DNA from: Euryarchaeota archaeon UBA257
Lineage (GTDB): Archaea; Thermoplasmatota; Poseidoniia; Poseidoniales; Thalassarchaeaceae
Reading direction: 5' to 3'
NCBI GenBank assembly: GCA_002498985.1
Contig: DAJO01000037.1
Span: 3,356-67,355 of the forward strand
Length of the DNA stretch: 64,000 bases
The notes beneath the pieces were generated by a model. That model was not told where the DNA came from, searched no databases, and saw nothing but the letters and a program-made list of their open reading frames with translations. Positions 10,932-22,900 of the stretch are shown here, one piece after another. A program made the translations under genes and the position numbers. Numbering within the stretch: the stretch's first letter is position 1; each line of letters begins with the position of its first letter.

Positions 10932-11762
10932 ATGATTGATATGGGGTTACAGATTACTCATTTAGGTTCAGGTAGCAGAGGTAATTCTACCTTACTAGAA
11001 TCAGATAGTTGTAAAGTACTAATTGATTGTGGGTTCTCGTTGAAACAAACTGAAAAGAGGTTATCAACAATAAAAATTGAACCAAGTTCAATAGATGCTA
11101 TTTTTATTACTCATCACCATGGAGATCATTCAAAATCTGCACTGAAAGCATCTCAAAAATGGGGTTCAAATCTATACTGCAATATTGAAACTGCAATAAA
11201 AATGGGTTGGAATCCTATGTCAGATTGTAGAACATTCGGTAATTTAGAACGAATAAATATTAATGATGAAATAAGTGTTCTTCCAATACCAATCCCACAT
11301 GATGATGCTGAAAATATTGCTTTGATAGTGAGTAACGGTGATGGGAATAGAGCGGGTTTCGTCACAGATCTAGGAGAGGCTACTGTAGAATTGAAAAGAC
11401 ATTTGAAAGGGTGTTCACATATTTCAATTGAAGCGAATTATGACCATAAGAAATTAATGCAGGGCCCCTATCCAGATTCACTGAAAAGAAGAATTACTGG
11501 TCGTGGTGGGCACTTATCCAATAGCCAAACTGCAGAAATTTTATCTGAAATTATGACTCCAGAACTTAGAACAGTTGTTTTATGTCATCTTTCAGATAAA
11601 AATAACGCACCACACCTCGCTGAAAGTGAGGTGTTGATGAGAATTGGTGACGATTTCAAAGGCATGATTTTCATTTCCGAGCAGTCAGGACCAGAATTTA
11701 AAATTATGATTGGAGAGGAAAAAATCAGCAGCCGTATTAATAACGAAATTAGTGACCCATGA
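10932..11762 (+). CDS. MBL-fold metallo-hydrolase (YycJ/PhnP-like)
   Basis: HxHxDH motif (ITHHHGDHS), N-terminal LGSGSRGNSTLL...LIDCG, and a C-terminal GHLSN motif typical of YycJ-like MBL hydrolases. Confidence 0.8.
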   Translation: MIDMGLQITHLGSGSRGNSTLLESDSCKVLIDCGFSLKQTEKRLSTIKIEPSSIDAIFITHHHGDHSKSALKASQKWGSNLYCNIETAIKMGWNPMSDCRTFGNLERININDEISVLPIPIPHDDAENIALIVSNGDGNRAGFVTDLGEATVELKRHLKGCSHISIEANYDHKKLMQGPYPDSLKRRITGRGGHLSNSQTAEILSEIMTPELRTVVLCHLSDKNNAPHLAESEVLMRIGDDFKGMIFISEQSGPEFKIMIGEEKISSRINNEISDP

Positions 11763-14277
11763 CTACTCTATGAACAGAGTTTTGTACTTCCTTCATACGA
11801 TCGTTTGCACCAAGTTCGCGGAATACTGAAAGAGCTTTTTGCAGATACTCCATCCTCTGAGAGCGATCGGTCTCAACTTCACCGAGACGGGCAAGTAGCT
11901 CCCCCTTCAAATGACGGAAGTCATTCGCTTCTGCTAGTGCTAATCCCTCTAAATAATGTTCAGAAGCTTCCTCTTTCCTACCCGCGTCGCTTAATACTTG
12001 ACCTAATAGCATTTCAACTTCAACCGCACTATGAGGGTCCGCCTGTTCAGACAGAATCTCTAGAGCACCGGAGTAATGTAACATTGCTAAGTCATTATCC
12101 TTAATTTTAGCATAATATCTCCCTAATACTGCTCTTGCTCTGGCGTGAAGAGTTTCTTGCCCATTATCCTTAGTTTCGTCATGAGCCAACATTGCGTGAT
12201 CTCGGGCACGATCGAATTCGCCCATCTCCAAAAATGCAGATGCGAGACGGATTCTTGAATCGCATAATTCAGGATTACTTTCTGACTCTAATAACTCTTC
12301 CACGTTACCGTATACTTCTAAGGCGTGCCTATTATCTCTACGGCGACGGAAAATATAACCCATGTTATTATAAGAACGAGCCGCAGAAACTGCGTCTCTG
12401 GTCTTAATTTGAATTTCTAATGCCTGTCTATGTAATTCTAATGCATCATCCATTGCACCTCTTTTAACTGCAATATCAGCCCTAGAAGATAATAATCTAG
12501 CTAATTCCTTATTTTGTTTGTTTTTACGTGCTATAGGAATTGCCGCATCATATTCTTTCTCTGCGGCGTCCCAATGCCCCTGGATCGATAGAATATCTCC
12601 TCTAAGTTCTCTTACAATTCCCCACGATATAGAATCGAAACCTTCCCTGTCCAAAGATCTTAAAATTCCTAGAAGTTCTGTGTGTCCTGATTGTACCAGA
12701 TTTGGTCCTTCTGAAGAAAGAACTTTTGCTAACTCTTCTATTTGTTCTGAATTATGTAAATGGTGAATAAATTCTATCCTGTCAGTAGGACTTGCCTTAC
12801 GGCCACGGTACCAATTGACTGCATTATTATGTAACTCATGACGTAAATTTTGCTCCATTGAGAGTACTAAAAATTCTCTAACTAAATCGTGAACATCGTA
12901 ATTTTCGCTGTCTGCTTGCCTTGCTAGACCTTTCTCAACTAAATCATCTAAAAGATCGATTGCTGCATCAAGATCACTCAATGCACTCAGAGGCATTGGT
13001 TCACGGAAAACTGCAATAGCACCTAGAAGCCTCTTTTGTGGACCAGATAACCTACTAAAGATTTCTTTCTCGACAAATGTTTCTAATGTAGCGTGAAAAG
13101 TCCCCCCTACACTACCTCTATTTATCAATTCTAAAACTAGTGGATGACCTCTAGAAAGCGAATAAATGTGGAGGAATTGAGGAGCGTCCATATCCGGCAT
13201 AGCGGAGAGAATCTGTTTACTTGACTCTTTATCTAATCCTTCAAGAGGCATTACTAAAGTGAGAATTTTCCCTTCAGAGTCTTTCTCAGGTACAACCATT
13301 CTAAAAGATCTAGAGAACATAATTACACCTACTTGACTGAGGTTGGGAATCCTTGTTGCTATTCCTCTCAAGATAGTAATTAGAGTTTCATCGCCAACTT
13401 TATGTAAATCGTCAATTACAATTAAACTTGGAGAATTCCTAAGTCCTTCTATGATTAAGTCAATCGTGACATTGGACTGCGGTATTGGTGTTGCAGCTAA
13501 GTAATCAGAAAGCCCATTATTACCCATTGTTGCTTGCCATTCCGCGGTAGCCTCAAGAAATGCTCTCGAACCTTCCCAATCTTGGCAGCGATGATATAGT
13601 AAATTTCTTTCATGAGTGAATCTCTCAAGAATTTTTCCAGCAAGAGCGGTCTTTCCAATGCCTGCAATTCCTGGAACTAATATTGAAGATGACCTTTTTT
13701 CAAGAAGATTAACCATGTCGTCAACTTCTTTCTCTCTACCGAAAAATTTTCTAGTTCTTGGTAGGTCATTGAAAGAGGTTACTAATTGCTTCTCAATATG
13801 TTTTGATAAATCTCTCTCAATTAATTCAGCTGAAAGGACCGATAAATCTAAGCTACCATTATCATCGATATATCTCAAGATATCTACATGTCTTAATGGT
13901 AAATCAGTTAGCTCAAGAGCATTAATTAAAGCCACGCTTTTTGAACTCCCATCGGGAAATTTCAGCCTTACATTTTGAGTACTTACTTTTTCCCAAATTC
14001 CATTAGCGACTTTTATCCCGTCGTCAGTTAGGAAATACGCTTTTCGCTTACGGGAAACTCCAGTTACATGTGCCTGCCTTTCAATAAGTAGACCCTGTTC
14101 CCTCATACCAGAAATTGCTCTAGGGACATTAGATCTCGCAATTGCTACCGAGTTAGCGATGCCCATCTGCGATAATGCAAATGGTACTTCGACTCTACCA
14201 GCATGTTCAACATAGTCCCTGAGGTGTAATAATATCCTCTCTTGGACGCCGGGCCTTGGCACTGCCATGTTGCTCAT
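11749..14277 (-). CDS. wHTH-STAND ATPase-TPR protein (842 aa), putative signal-transducing regulator
   Basis: N-terminal winged-helix domain. Arch_ATPase/NB-ARC-like P-loop (FGREKE...ILVPGIAGIGKTALAGK) and Walker B (LIVIDDLHK). The C-terminal third is TPR-like repeats. Confidence 0.8.
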   Translation of the reverse strand: MSNMAVPRPGVQERILLHLRDYVEHAGRVEVPFALSQMGIANSVAIARSNVPRAISGMREQGLLIERQAHVTGVSRKRKAYFLTDDGIKVANGIWEKVSTQNVRLKFPDGSSKSVALINALELTDLPLRHVDILRYIDDNGSLDLSVLSAELIERDLSKHIEKQLVTSFNDLPRTRKFFGREKEVDDMVNLLEKRSSSILVPGIAGIGKTALAGKILERFTHERNLLYHRCQDWEGSRAFLEATAEWQATMGNNGLSDYLAATPIPQSNVTIDLIIEGLRNSPSLIVIDDLHKVGDETLITILRGIATRIPNLSQVGVIMFSRSFRMVVPEKDSEGKILTLVMPLEGLDKESSKQILSAMPDMDAPQFLHIYSLSRGHPLVLELINRGSVGGTFHATLETFVEKEIFSRLSGPQKRLLGAIAVFREPMPLSALSDLDAAIDLLDDLVEKGLARQADSENYDVHDLVREFLVLSMEQNLRHELHNNAVNWYRGRKASPTDRIEFIHHLHNSEQIEELAKVLSSEGPNLVQSGHTELLGILRSLDREGFDSISWGIVRELRGDILSIQGHWDAAEKEYDAAIPIARKNKQNKELARLLSSRADIAVKRGAMDDALELHRQALEIQIKTRDAVSAARSYNNMGYIFRRRRDNRHALEVYGNVEELLESESNPELCDSRIRLASAFLEMGEFDRARDHAMLAHDETKDNGQETLHARARAVLGRYYAKIKDNDLAMLHYSGALEILSEQADPHSAVEVEMLLGQVLSDAGRKEEASEHYLEGLALAEANDFRHLKGELLARLGEVETDRSQRMEYLQKALSVFRELGANDRMKEVQNSVHRVVMGH

Positions 14278-14345
14278 ATTAGTACAGCAATCTGAATCAA
14301 TACAAGAAGTTTCGGTGGTGGAGTCTCTGACTCAAGTCATCAAAA

Positions 14346-17300
14346 TTAATAATTTGGATCTTCAATCCATTCATTAGATTCTTCATCCCAAATCCATCCA
14401 TCAGTAGATTCTTCAACTTTAGAATCCATATTCTCCGTGGAGTCAATAGAAGAGATATCATCATTTTCATCATCACCATCATCTTCAATTTCTACAAAGA
14501 AATATACAAATACAGCCCCTAAGAGAGCCAGGATTACTATTGAAATTATTCCAATCATTAAACTTGACATGCCATCATCTGCAGCCCCTACTGAAATCTG
14601 AACACCACTTGAATAGTCCGAACCAACATATCTGAAATCAGGTGTGACTGGGCCTTCATCGAATCGAGAGGATGGGATATCTAGAGACCATGTAGAGTCA
14701 CTATTTACAACAGTATTATTGGCAGGCACCTTATTAATCAGAGCAGTGACTGTTTTTCCAGGTAATCCTACACCCGAGAATGTTACACTTTCTCCATCTT
14801 TAACAACAGTCACATCAGGAACATCAATTTGGAAACTTATTGGTATTACTGTGAAAGTAACGTCTAATGAAATTTCTTTAGAACCAAATGGATCAGTCGC
14901 TACGAAAATTACATTTTCTAATGTCCATGCATCCATATCGGAGTCGTAGAAGAACATAGAAATTGGATCATAGACAGCGATTCCATCCTGACCTACATTA
15001 ATTACTAATGCGAAATTATCATCGGAAGTTGCTTCAGAATCAAATACAGATAAAATTAGATCCTGTCCATTATCGATCTCTGTGAAGAATTGATTAAGAT
15101 CTATCTCAGCCTTAGTACATCTATCTTGTGATTGGGACTCAATTTCACAGTAAAGAGTTATTTCTTGCATCCAATTTTCTGAATTGAAAACAGGTTGATT
15201 ATTTCCAGCATCTGAAGGGTTATCAGCAATTATTGAAATTGTAGTCATATCACTGTAATCATATCCGTCATATGATCGGACATCAATCTCATATTCGAAG
15301 TCATGTTGTAAAATTGTTGGATCCCAAGTAGTTGACCATGCTCCATTAGTTTCAAAATCAGATACTGATTGTTGGTGAACGATGATATCTCCGTTGAAAA
15401 TATCTCTGACAGTGATATCTACTCTAGAAACAGAGCCATCATTATCTCTTGCAACACCCTCAATCGTATTATCAGAGACTGAAAGCCTTTCGCCATCCAT
15501 AGGTGTCAGTAAACTTACGAAAGGTGCTGAATTAGAATTGTCAATAGTCAATGTCATTGTTACTGGTTCGCATTCATCTATAACACTAAGACAAAAATCT
15601 GAATCTGATGCCCAAATTGTGAATGTGTATTCAGAAACAACTCTTGGTTGACCACTAAAGTCCCATGTCCATGACCAATCAGCACCACCAGTTGTTGGAG
15701 TTGTACCTTCGAAGTTAGGCCCGCTAATATAGAAATAAATTTCCCCTACATCTTGACTACAAGCAATAGGACAACCATATTGATCGTAAGCAGTTCCCTC
15801 GAATGTGACGGTACCATCTGACCAAGTTGAGCCATCGCTTGGAGTACTTACACTAATTACAGGAGGAGCCGCGTTCAACTTAATTGTCCTTGTAATAATT
15901 GGACTGTAATCGATTCCATCAAACGATCTAAACTCAAAAGTATAGTCAGTTTCTTGATACCCAGACATGTCAAATGAAAAATACCAAGAATTGAATGGGT
16001 GATTGAAACGCGTAACAGTCCCAGGTTCAGCCCCACTATCATCAACTGCCAGACCAGCAGAAGTCCATTCACTTGTGAAAGGATCTCTTACTTCTACAGA
16101 ATGGATATATCCTTTTTGATCCCATTGAGCTAATTCATCTGTAGCATAAAATCCTGCTAATTGACCGTCATGCGCAGAACCAGTAAAATTCACGACTTTC
16201 CTGAACGAATGACCTGTTTCTTGAATTACTGATATAGATGGACCTGTATTTACTAAATTTATTACATCTTGATACGTAGTATCTTGAATAATAAAGTCAT
16301 TTCTATCATAACCAAAGCCAAATTTGTATGCAGTGTAATAATAACGAGAAAGTTCCCTAGTTCCTGCACTATAATCACAATCATCATCGTTATTATCAAT
16401 CGTTAAATCACCATCATTGTCTATCCCATCGGAACATGAATCTTCATATTCATCGTCTGCAAAACCATCAGGGTTATCCCCTCCAGCAAGGCCTCGGAAA
16501 TCAAGATGCGAGTCTGATGCTAGTGCAAACCAGGGAGTGTATCCATCTTCATCAGTGTACAGTGAGTAGAGATCATTTCCTAGAGCATCTTCAATTAACA
16601 CATTTGCATTATCTACTTTCATCCCATCTACCAAGGTTTGGAACCTCACCATTTCAGCCCTTCTTACTTGAACTGCAAATTGAGTTGGCTGAGACTTGAT
16701 AAAAATCTTGGAGGTGTCGACATTTGAAAGATTGGCGAATGTAAAGACTGTAGAGTTATTATCCATATTAACTGCCAATGGGAAGTTTCTAGGTGTTAAA
16801 TTATCACAACTAGAACATTCAGAAATTGGTGTTGGAATTATAGCACCCTGGAATCCATTTGCAGGCCAAGCCTCTTGATCGGGCCAGTCTAGTATTACAG
16901 GATACTCACCAGGAGATGCACTTGGAATGAACTCAGATTGAACAGTTACAGAAGATTTAGTAATGTTATAAGCCGTTTCAATACCATTCCAAGTATTCAA
17001 TGAAAAGAAGCCAAGAGAGCCATATTGTTGTGTATTTGCAAATCCGCTATCATAATTTCGGATTACTGCTCCGGTGCCTGGAGTGTTAAACAAATTTCTT
17101 TGGACATCCATCAATCCACCTATTGCTCTGATACCATCGGCATCTCCGCCTAAGCTAAACTCATTGTCATAGAGTGTTACACCTGAACGGAATACACTTA
17201 CTGCAGGGCAGGTATATTCGCCACCCCAGTACTTGAAGCTAGAACAGGTTCCTGGTGAATTCACACTCACTGTATTATTCGTAAAATGAAGCCTGGATGC

Positions 17301-18575
17301 AGCAGGTGCAGGTCCAGAAGTAGATAATTCACCTACTTGAACTGGAGTTCTTGCAGTATCAGTAATTGTATTATATTCGGCAATAACATCAAAGGAACCT
17401 GTCAACCAAAGTCCATTCCAACCACCTATTGGTCCAATCTCATTATTGTGAATATGAGCCTTACTTGATTGTACAGTAATTCCTGAACGATCTGCTACTC
17501 CTGAAATTTGATTATTATGTAATTCAGCATCACCGCCGTCATAAACAGTGATTCCAGAACCCTCATCCGTATTTATTTCATTATTCCCTACTTCAAACGT
17601 ATATGCGACTCCTTGTATCGCTTTGACACCATTGATATCTATTCCATTACAATTCACATTTATGTCAGAGTTAGTAAGAAGACCTGAAGAACTCACAAAC
17701 GCAAATCCATAATCGCCAGTATTTACAGTAGCATCATTAATTTCTATGAATGTTTCTTGAGCCCATAATGTTGGACGGCCACCATCATTATTTCCACAGC
17801 CATTGTCGGTTCCAATAAAGAATGGAGAATTCATCTTAAGAGGAGTGATTTGTGTACCTGAACCATAAATTTGAACCGCTGAACCACCTACTCCACTTTT
17901 CCCATCATTTCCTGCAACATAAGTGCCCCCCTCAAATATTGGTTGAGCAAGATTAGTTGTTAATACACTGCTTGTATTGATATTGCTAAATCTCATTTGA
18001 GTTAAGGTGGGAGATGCTCCATCAATTACCATAGCCCCATATCGCCATCTGTTAATTGAATCAATGTAGTAAGGAATTCCCCAAGCATCATCTATTGTAA
18101 TATGCCTAAAGCCTGTTTCAGATAAATCAATAGAACTTCGAATTAGCACTCCCTCGAAGCAAGAAGCATCTTCAACCTGTATTTCTTGAGTACCTTGTTT
18201 CATACCTTTACACTCTCCAATTTCACTAGCATTGGAAGGATCAGTCCATCGGAAAGTGATTTTATTTGCCAAACTTGCATCGCCGGAGGAACCACAAGAA
18301 CTAGAACCAGCGCATAGATTTCCTCTTACATCAAGATATGTCCCATTTGGGAAAATAACAGTAGTTCCTGGTTGAATAATTAACTTAGCACCGGATGCGA
18401 TTGTAATGTCTCCGGTTAACTGATGAGTTCCTGACCATGTTTCTGAAGTTATAATAGTTCCAGAAGTAGTTTCATTATTAGCCATTACAGGGCTTGCAGG
18501 CCCTACTAGAGCGATTAACACGCTAGATAACATGAGAAATACTAGGAAGGAACTTCTTACTCGGCGCTTGGACAT
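14346..18575 (-). CDS. type-I membrane surface protein (1409 aa) with right-handed beta-helix and Ig-like domains
   Basis: Signal peptide. Pectate-lyase/NosD-like parallel beta-helix repeats (HNNEIGPIGG, YNTITDTART). Downstream beta-sandwich repeats. One C-terminal TM helix followed by an acidic, W-rich tail. Confidence 0.8.
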   Translation of the reverse strand: MSKRRVRSSFLVFLMLSSVLIALVGPASPVMANNETTSGTIITSETWSGTHQLTGDITIASGAKLIIQPGTTVIFPNGTYLDVRGNLCAGSSSCGSSGDASLANKITFRWTDPSNASEIGECKGMKQGTQEIQVEDASCFEGVLIRSSIDLSETGFRHITIDDAWGIPYYIDSINRWRYGAMVIDGASPTLTQMRFSNINTSSVLTTNLAQPIFEGGTYVAGNDGKSGVGGSAVQIYGSGTQITPLKMNSPFFIGTDNGCGNNDGGRPTLWAQETFIEINDATVNTGDYGFAFVSSSGLLTNSDINVNCNGIDINGVKAIQGVAYTFEVGNNEINTDEGSGITVYDGGDAELHNNQISGVADRSGITVQSSKAHIHNNEIGPIGGWNGLWLTGSFDVIAEYNTITDTARTPVQVGELSTSGPAPAASRLHFTNNTVSVNSPGTCSSFKYWGGEYTCPAVSVFRSGVTLYDNEFSLGGDADGIRAIGGLMDVQRNLFNTPGTGAVIRNYDSGFANTQQYGSLGFFSLNTWNGIETAYNITKSSVTVQSEFIPSASPGEYPVILDWPDQEAWPANGFQGAIIPTPISECSSCDNLTPRNFPLAVNMDNNSTVFTFANLSNVDTSKIFIKSQPTQFAVQVRRAEMVRFQTLVDGMKVDNANVLIEDALGNDLYSLYTDEDGYTPWFALASDSHLDFRGLAGGDNPDGFADDEYEDSCSDGIDNDGDLTIDNNDDDCDYSAGTRELSRYYYTAYKFGFGYDRNDFIIQDTTYQDVINLVNTGPSISVIQETGHSFRKVVNFTGSAHDGQLAGFYATDELAQWDQKGYIHSVEVRDPFTSEWTSAGLAVDDSGAEPGTVTRFNHPFNSWYFSFDMSGYQETDYTFEFRSFDGIDYSPIITRTIKLNAAPPVISVSTPSDGSTWSDGTVTFEGTAYDQYGCPIACSQDVGEIYFYISGPNFEGTTPTTGGADWSWTWDFSGQPRVVSEYTFTIWASDSDFCLSVIDECEPVTMTLTIDNSNSAPFVSLLTPMDGERLSVSDNTIEGVARDNDGSVSRVDITVRDIFNGDIIVHQQSVSDFETNGAWSTTWDPTILQHDFEYEIDVRSYDGYDYSDMTTISIIADNPSDAGNNQPVFNSENWMQEITLYCEIESQSQDRCTKAEIDLNQFFTEIDNGQDLILSVFDSEATSDDNFALVINVGQDGIAVYDPISMFFYDSDMDAWTLENVIFVATDPFGSKEISLDVTFTVIPISFQIDVPDVTVVKDGESVTFSGVGLPGKTVTALINKVPANNTVVNSDSTWSLDIPSSRFDEGPVTPDFRYVGSDYSSGVQISVGAADDGMSSLMIGIISIVILALLGAVFVYFFVEIEDDGDDENDDISSIDSTENMDSKVEESTDGWIWDEESNEWIEDPNY

Positions 18576-18673
18576 GTTTTACCGTATTATGTATCATTTA
18601 TCAATGCTAGAGTTACATTTGAGACTAATGTATCAACAAAGCGTATTTGTATCAATTTCAAATATTGGAAAAA

Positions 18674-19912
18674 TTATTCCACATTAAAAGTAAAAGAGAT
18701 TTCCTGAGACCACTTGACTAAGTCCAAAGTGCCATAACCTGAATGGGAATTATGATTAGCAGATTCAAAGTTACTCCTATCGGAAGACCTTGCTAATGCA
18801 TGTTTGACAAGTTTCATTTCATCCTCATCAATATAGCCATCCGAACCTTCAATGGAATCCCCGCATTGTTGAATAATCAATGCCAAAGCTCCTGTAACAA
18901 ATACTGTGGAATCACTCGTCCCAGAAGAGTAAGCATATGGTGATGACAATGTGCTTGAGGCTGTAGAGAAGATATTAACTCCTGGAGCCACAACTTCTGG
19001 TTTTTGATTAGGGAAATCTCTTTCATCTCCTGTTACTGGATCAATCGATGAACCAAAGGCACTGCTACCCCATACATATCCAGATTTAGATATGGCTCCA
19101 ACCGAAATTACTCCCGGAAGGCTGGAAGGTTGAGAAACATCATTTATGTCTAAATCAAGCCCAGTATTTCCTGCGGCTGCTACAACGAAAATCCCTGAAT
19201 CTAATGCTTCTTGAACTGCTAGGTTAGTTTGGGAATCAATATTTGAAGTGAAATCACTAGGAGATCCGCCAAGGCTCAATGAAATAATATCTACTTTCTG
19301 AGTAATTCTACACCACCTAATAGCCTGTGCGACTCGATCGGTTGAACCAGATGTGCCTTCTGAATCCAATGCTAAAGCAACTGACAAACCTACTTCTGGA
19401 GCAACCCCCCTAAAAGTACCATTAGATATCAAGATTCCAGCCATTAATGTCCCATGTGAACTTTCACCGACGTCTCTAACTAACTCATGATTACCCCCTA
19501 CAAAATCTCTGAATCCTAATAATTGTTGATGAGAAAAATCAGGATGACTCATATCAATCCCAGTATCTACAATACAGACATGTACTCCTTGGCCAAAATA
19601 TCCTTCTGATTGTAATTGCCTGATTCCTGTATCTTCGTATGCCCATTCGGAGTCAGGAAGAATTGGTATGAGATATGAGTTAACCCATGGCCAACCAGCA
19701 ATTAACAATAGAGTCAATAAAGAGAAAAAAATAGCACCGGTAGGAGTTTCTGACTTTCTCATGGGACCCAGGGGCCAACGAAGCTGTTTGGCTTCCTCGT
19801 CAGTAAGGCCATAATCATCCCCAGAGTAGCCTAATGCTTGATTATCAATCGTAGTTAGGATACGGTGATCTTCGGGCTCAGGAAGTAAATCAAGATTCTC
19901 TAAAGACCTCAT
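18674..19912 (-). CDS. membrane-anchored subtilisin-like serine protease (peptidase S8)
   Basis: Catalytic triad blocks: Asp (VCIVDTGIDMSHPDF), His (HGTLMAGIL), Ser (SGTSDST). N-terminal TM helix. Confidence 0.85.
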   Translation of the reverse strand: MRSLENLDLLPEPEDHRILTTIDNQALGYSGDDYGLTDEEAKQLRWPLGPMRKSETPTGAIFFSLLTLLLIAGWPWVNSYLIPILPDSEWAYEDTGIRQLQSEGYFGQGVHVCIVDTGIDMSHPDFSHQQLLGFRDFVGGNHELVRDVGESSHGTLMAGILISNGTFRGVAPEVGLSVALALDSEGTSGSTDRVAQAIRWCRITQKVDIISLSLGGSPSDFTSNIDSQTNLAVQEALDSGIFVVAAAGNTGLDLDINDVSQPSSLPGVISVGAISKSGYVWGSSAFGSSIDPVTGDERDFPNQKPEVVAPGVNIFSTASSTLSSPYAYSSGTSDSTVFVTGALALIIQQCGDSIEGSDGYIDEDEMKLVKHALARSSDRSNFESANHNSHSGYGTLDLVKWSQEISFTFNVE

Positions 19913-19990
19913 GAAAAGTTACCACCTAACTTGAGGGTATAGATTCAGTATAAGAATCCCTGTTCCTAAAGCCCGCTAATCATCTCAATA

Positions 19991-22900
19991 TCAGAAAGGT
20001 GCGCCTGGACGGCGGCCAGAACGACCTTTGGTCAAATAAAGGCCGATTATCACTAATCCAATAATTAGGATATAAGCAATAATGTCTGTATTTTCATCAT
20101 CATCAACACTTGGTGACCTGACATCTACATTCATGACTCCCTGCTCTACACCATCACTAATGTGCCACGAGCCATCATCAATATTTTCTTCATCAAATCC
20201 AGTTGAGTTTATATCAAGCATGATATAATATTGATCAACTTGAATATCAGATAAATCAAACAAGAAACTGAACTGAGTAGATGATTCAGCAGATATATCC
20301 ATTGTCGTCGTAGCATTGACAGAAGTTGGAGAATTACAATCTACATCCCTACAAAGTTGAGCATTAAGTTGCACATTTTCAGCATCAACTAATCCACTAT
20401 TAGATATTGTAGCGATATATGTTATTTGGCCACCAGCTTCTGGTTCTCCGCCTCCCAATGCTTGAATTCCTTCAATCTTCAATACAGGTTCAGAACTTCG
20501 GACCTTAATTTCAATAGTATCGTATGAGTTTCCGGCTTTATCTGTCACTGAAACATAAATTAAGAACTCTTCATTCGGCATTGCGTCGCTTGGGGAAACA
20601 ACAGTCACACTATGAGAAGTACTGACGAAACTACCGATTGTGTGTGAAGTTGGACCTGTCCTACTCCAACCATCGGGCAATTCTGAATCGTCAAACTCAA
20701 ACTCATATTTTTCATCGCCATTTCCAGCATTTGTAAACTCTATTGGTATAGTAATTAATTCTCCTGGAGAGACTCCGTATACTTCAGACATAGGATTAGT
20801 AAGTTCGAAACCATGTATTTGAGGGACTCTGACTATCAAATCATGTGAAGCCAGATAACCATCTAGAGTTGAAATACTAATCGTAATCTTATGTCCGTCT
20901 TCGAAAGAATGTGCTACAGATTGATTAGGTGCGATTACACGGATATTCAAATTATCGAAATCAACGCTGTTGTCTAAACCTACTTCAAATTGCGTTGAAG
21001 TTGTCCAGTTTCCTGTACCGTTATGGAATTGAACTGTCCATTCAGAACTATCAGTTCCAGAAACAATACCTCCAACGGTAAATACATCATATGATTCATG
21101 ACCGAGGTAATCTACAGCGAGAGTGAAATCTACTGGGAAAAATCCATTTATTCCATCAACTTCTAATGAAACATCACCCAATGATCCAACATAATTTTCG
21201 TGACCTGAGGTTTCATTCAGTGTAGTAATTTCAATTTCGTGATTTGAAACTCTATTGAATAATAGGTCGATAGTTGTATTGAGACCTGGATAGACATCAA
21301 AGCCTCTTCCTGCAGTAAACTCCATGGTTAATCCTCTTTGCTCTACTTCAAAGTCGCCAGAAAATTGAACATTACCATTAGGAAGTAAAAGATTAAGATT
21401 TCCGGTTTCATCCACGCTTTGTATCCATTTCATTCCGAATCCAACATCGACTAATAAATTCGCATCTGAAATGTCTCCTAGATTACGTGAGTTACCGTCA
21501 TAATCTAACCATTCTGTTTGAACCTCAAGAATACCTCCACTAGTTAGTTCCATATCTAAATTATTTGAATTACCAGTAACATCAACATCCAATAGACCCA
21601 TTATTATCAAGTCCTGACTCGGTACGCTAGCACTTACTATCCATAGACCTGGTTCCAGTTCCGTAGACCAGCTTCCAGACCAATCATCATTGATTTCAAT
21701 TGCTACTGTATCTCTAACTAGACCCTCAGTAGGCATTATCATTAATTCGATATCTTCGACAGGAATACTGGAAATACCAAGTGCATAGGTAATATTTCCA
21801 TAAACATCAACTAGACCTGCAACTAATTCCAATTGCACATCATTAGGAGAGTCTGAAACAGATATACTTTCATTAATGCTTTCAAACCCATCATAAATAG
21901 TTTCAATTTGCCAGCTTGTATTGTATGGTACAAATAATTCCCATTCTCCTGTATTGTCCGTTGAAATTGAATGTTCGTTTGAATCAGATGTAGTTGTAAA
22001 CATCATCTGAACATCAGAAATTCCTTCACCTACATTAGAAGCATTGTTGTTATTCAAATCCCAGAAAACTGTTCCAGTTAAAGCAACATAAAGATTTGCA
22101 GTTAAATCAACATGATTTTCTCCCACTGAAATAGTAACGGGATAACTTTCTACAACCCATCTCTTTCCATCTTCAGTGTAGTTAAGAGAAATTAACCAAT
22201 CTCCCTCTACTACATCAACAGTAGTTAATCCACTGCTATTTGTCGCCTCGATACTGAAAGAACCTAGGTCACTTGCAGACTCCATTAACAAACTAACTCC
22301 TGACAAAGGAGAGCTAGTAGAATCTTCTGATACATTGAATGAAATCTCTGCGAGTTGACTAGTAGAGAATGTTAAACTTTCAGAAGTGATGTCAGATGAT
22401 ACTGAAATCAAATCTCTTAACCCTTCTTTAATATCATTATTTACTATCTCTGTAGTAGCAATCCAATCACCCTGAGGGAAGAAATCAATAATACTTCCAT
22501 TAGAATCGGTAGTTCGAGAAAGAACCCAGCCATTTTCAACATTAGTGAATCTAACTAATTGTTCAGACAAATCACCACCACTTTCATTGGTAAATGACAT
22601 TTCTACTCTCCATTCAGGATCAAATCCAATACTTCTTGTAATATCTGTTGAGTCAATTCCTACTCTGACATCAACATCTCCACTCATTATTCTAGTTCCG
22701 AATAAATCTCCGGAGTTAGGATCAGCAATATCTACAGATATCCTGTAAATTCCTGCCTCTACTGTGACTTGGGCAATCCCTTCGTCAGTCCAATCACTTG
22801 AAGTGGAATTGATATGGTAGTCAATTCCATCAACTAAAGATAGTAAACTGAAATCATAAGTTACTGGAGTACCGTTAGACATATTATTATCTGCAGAATT

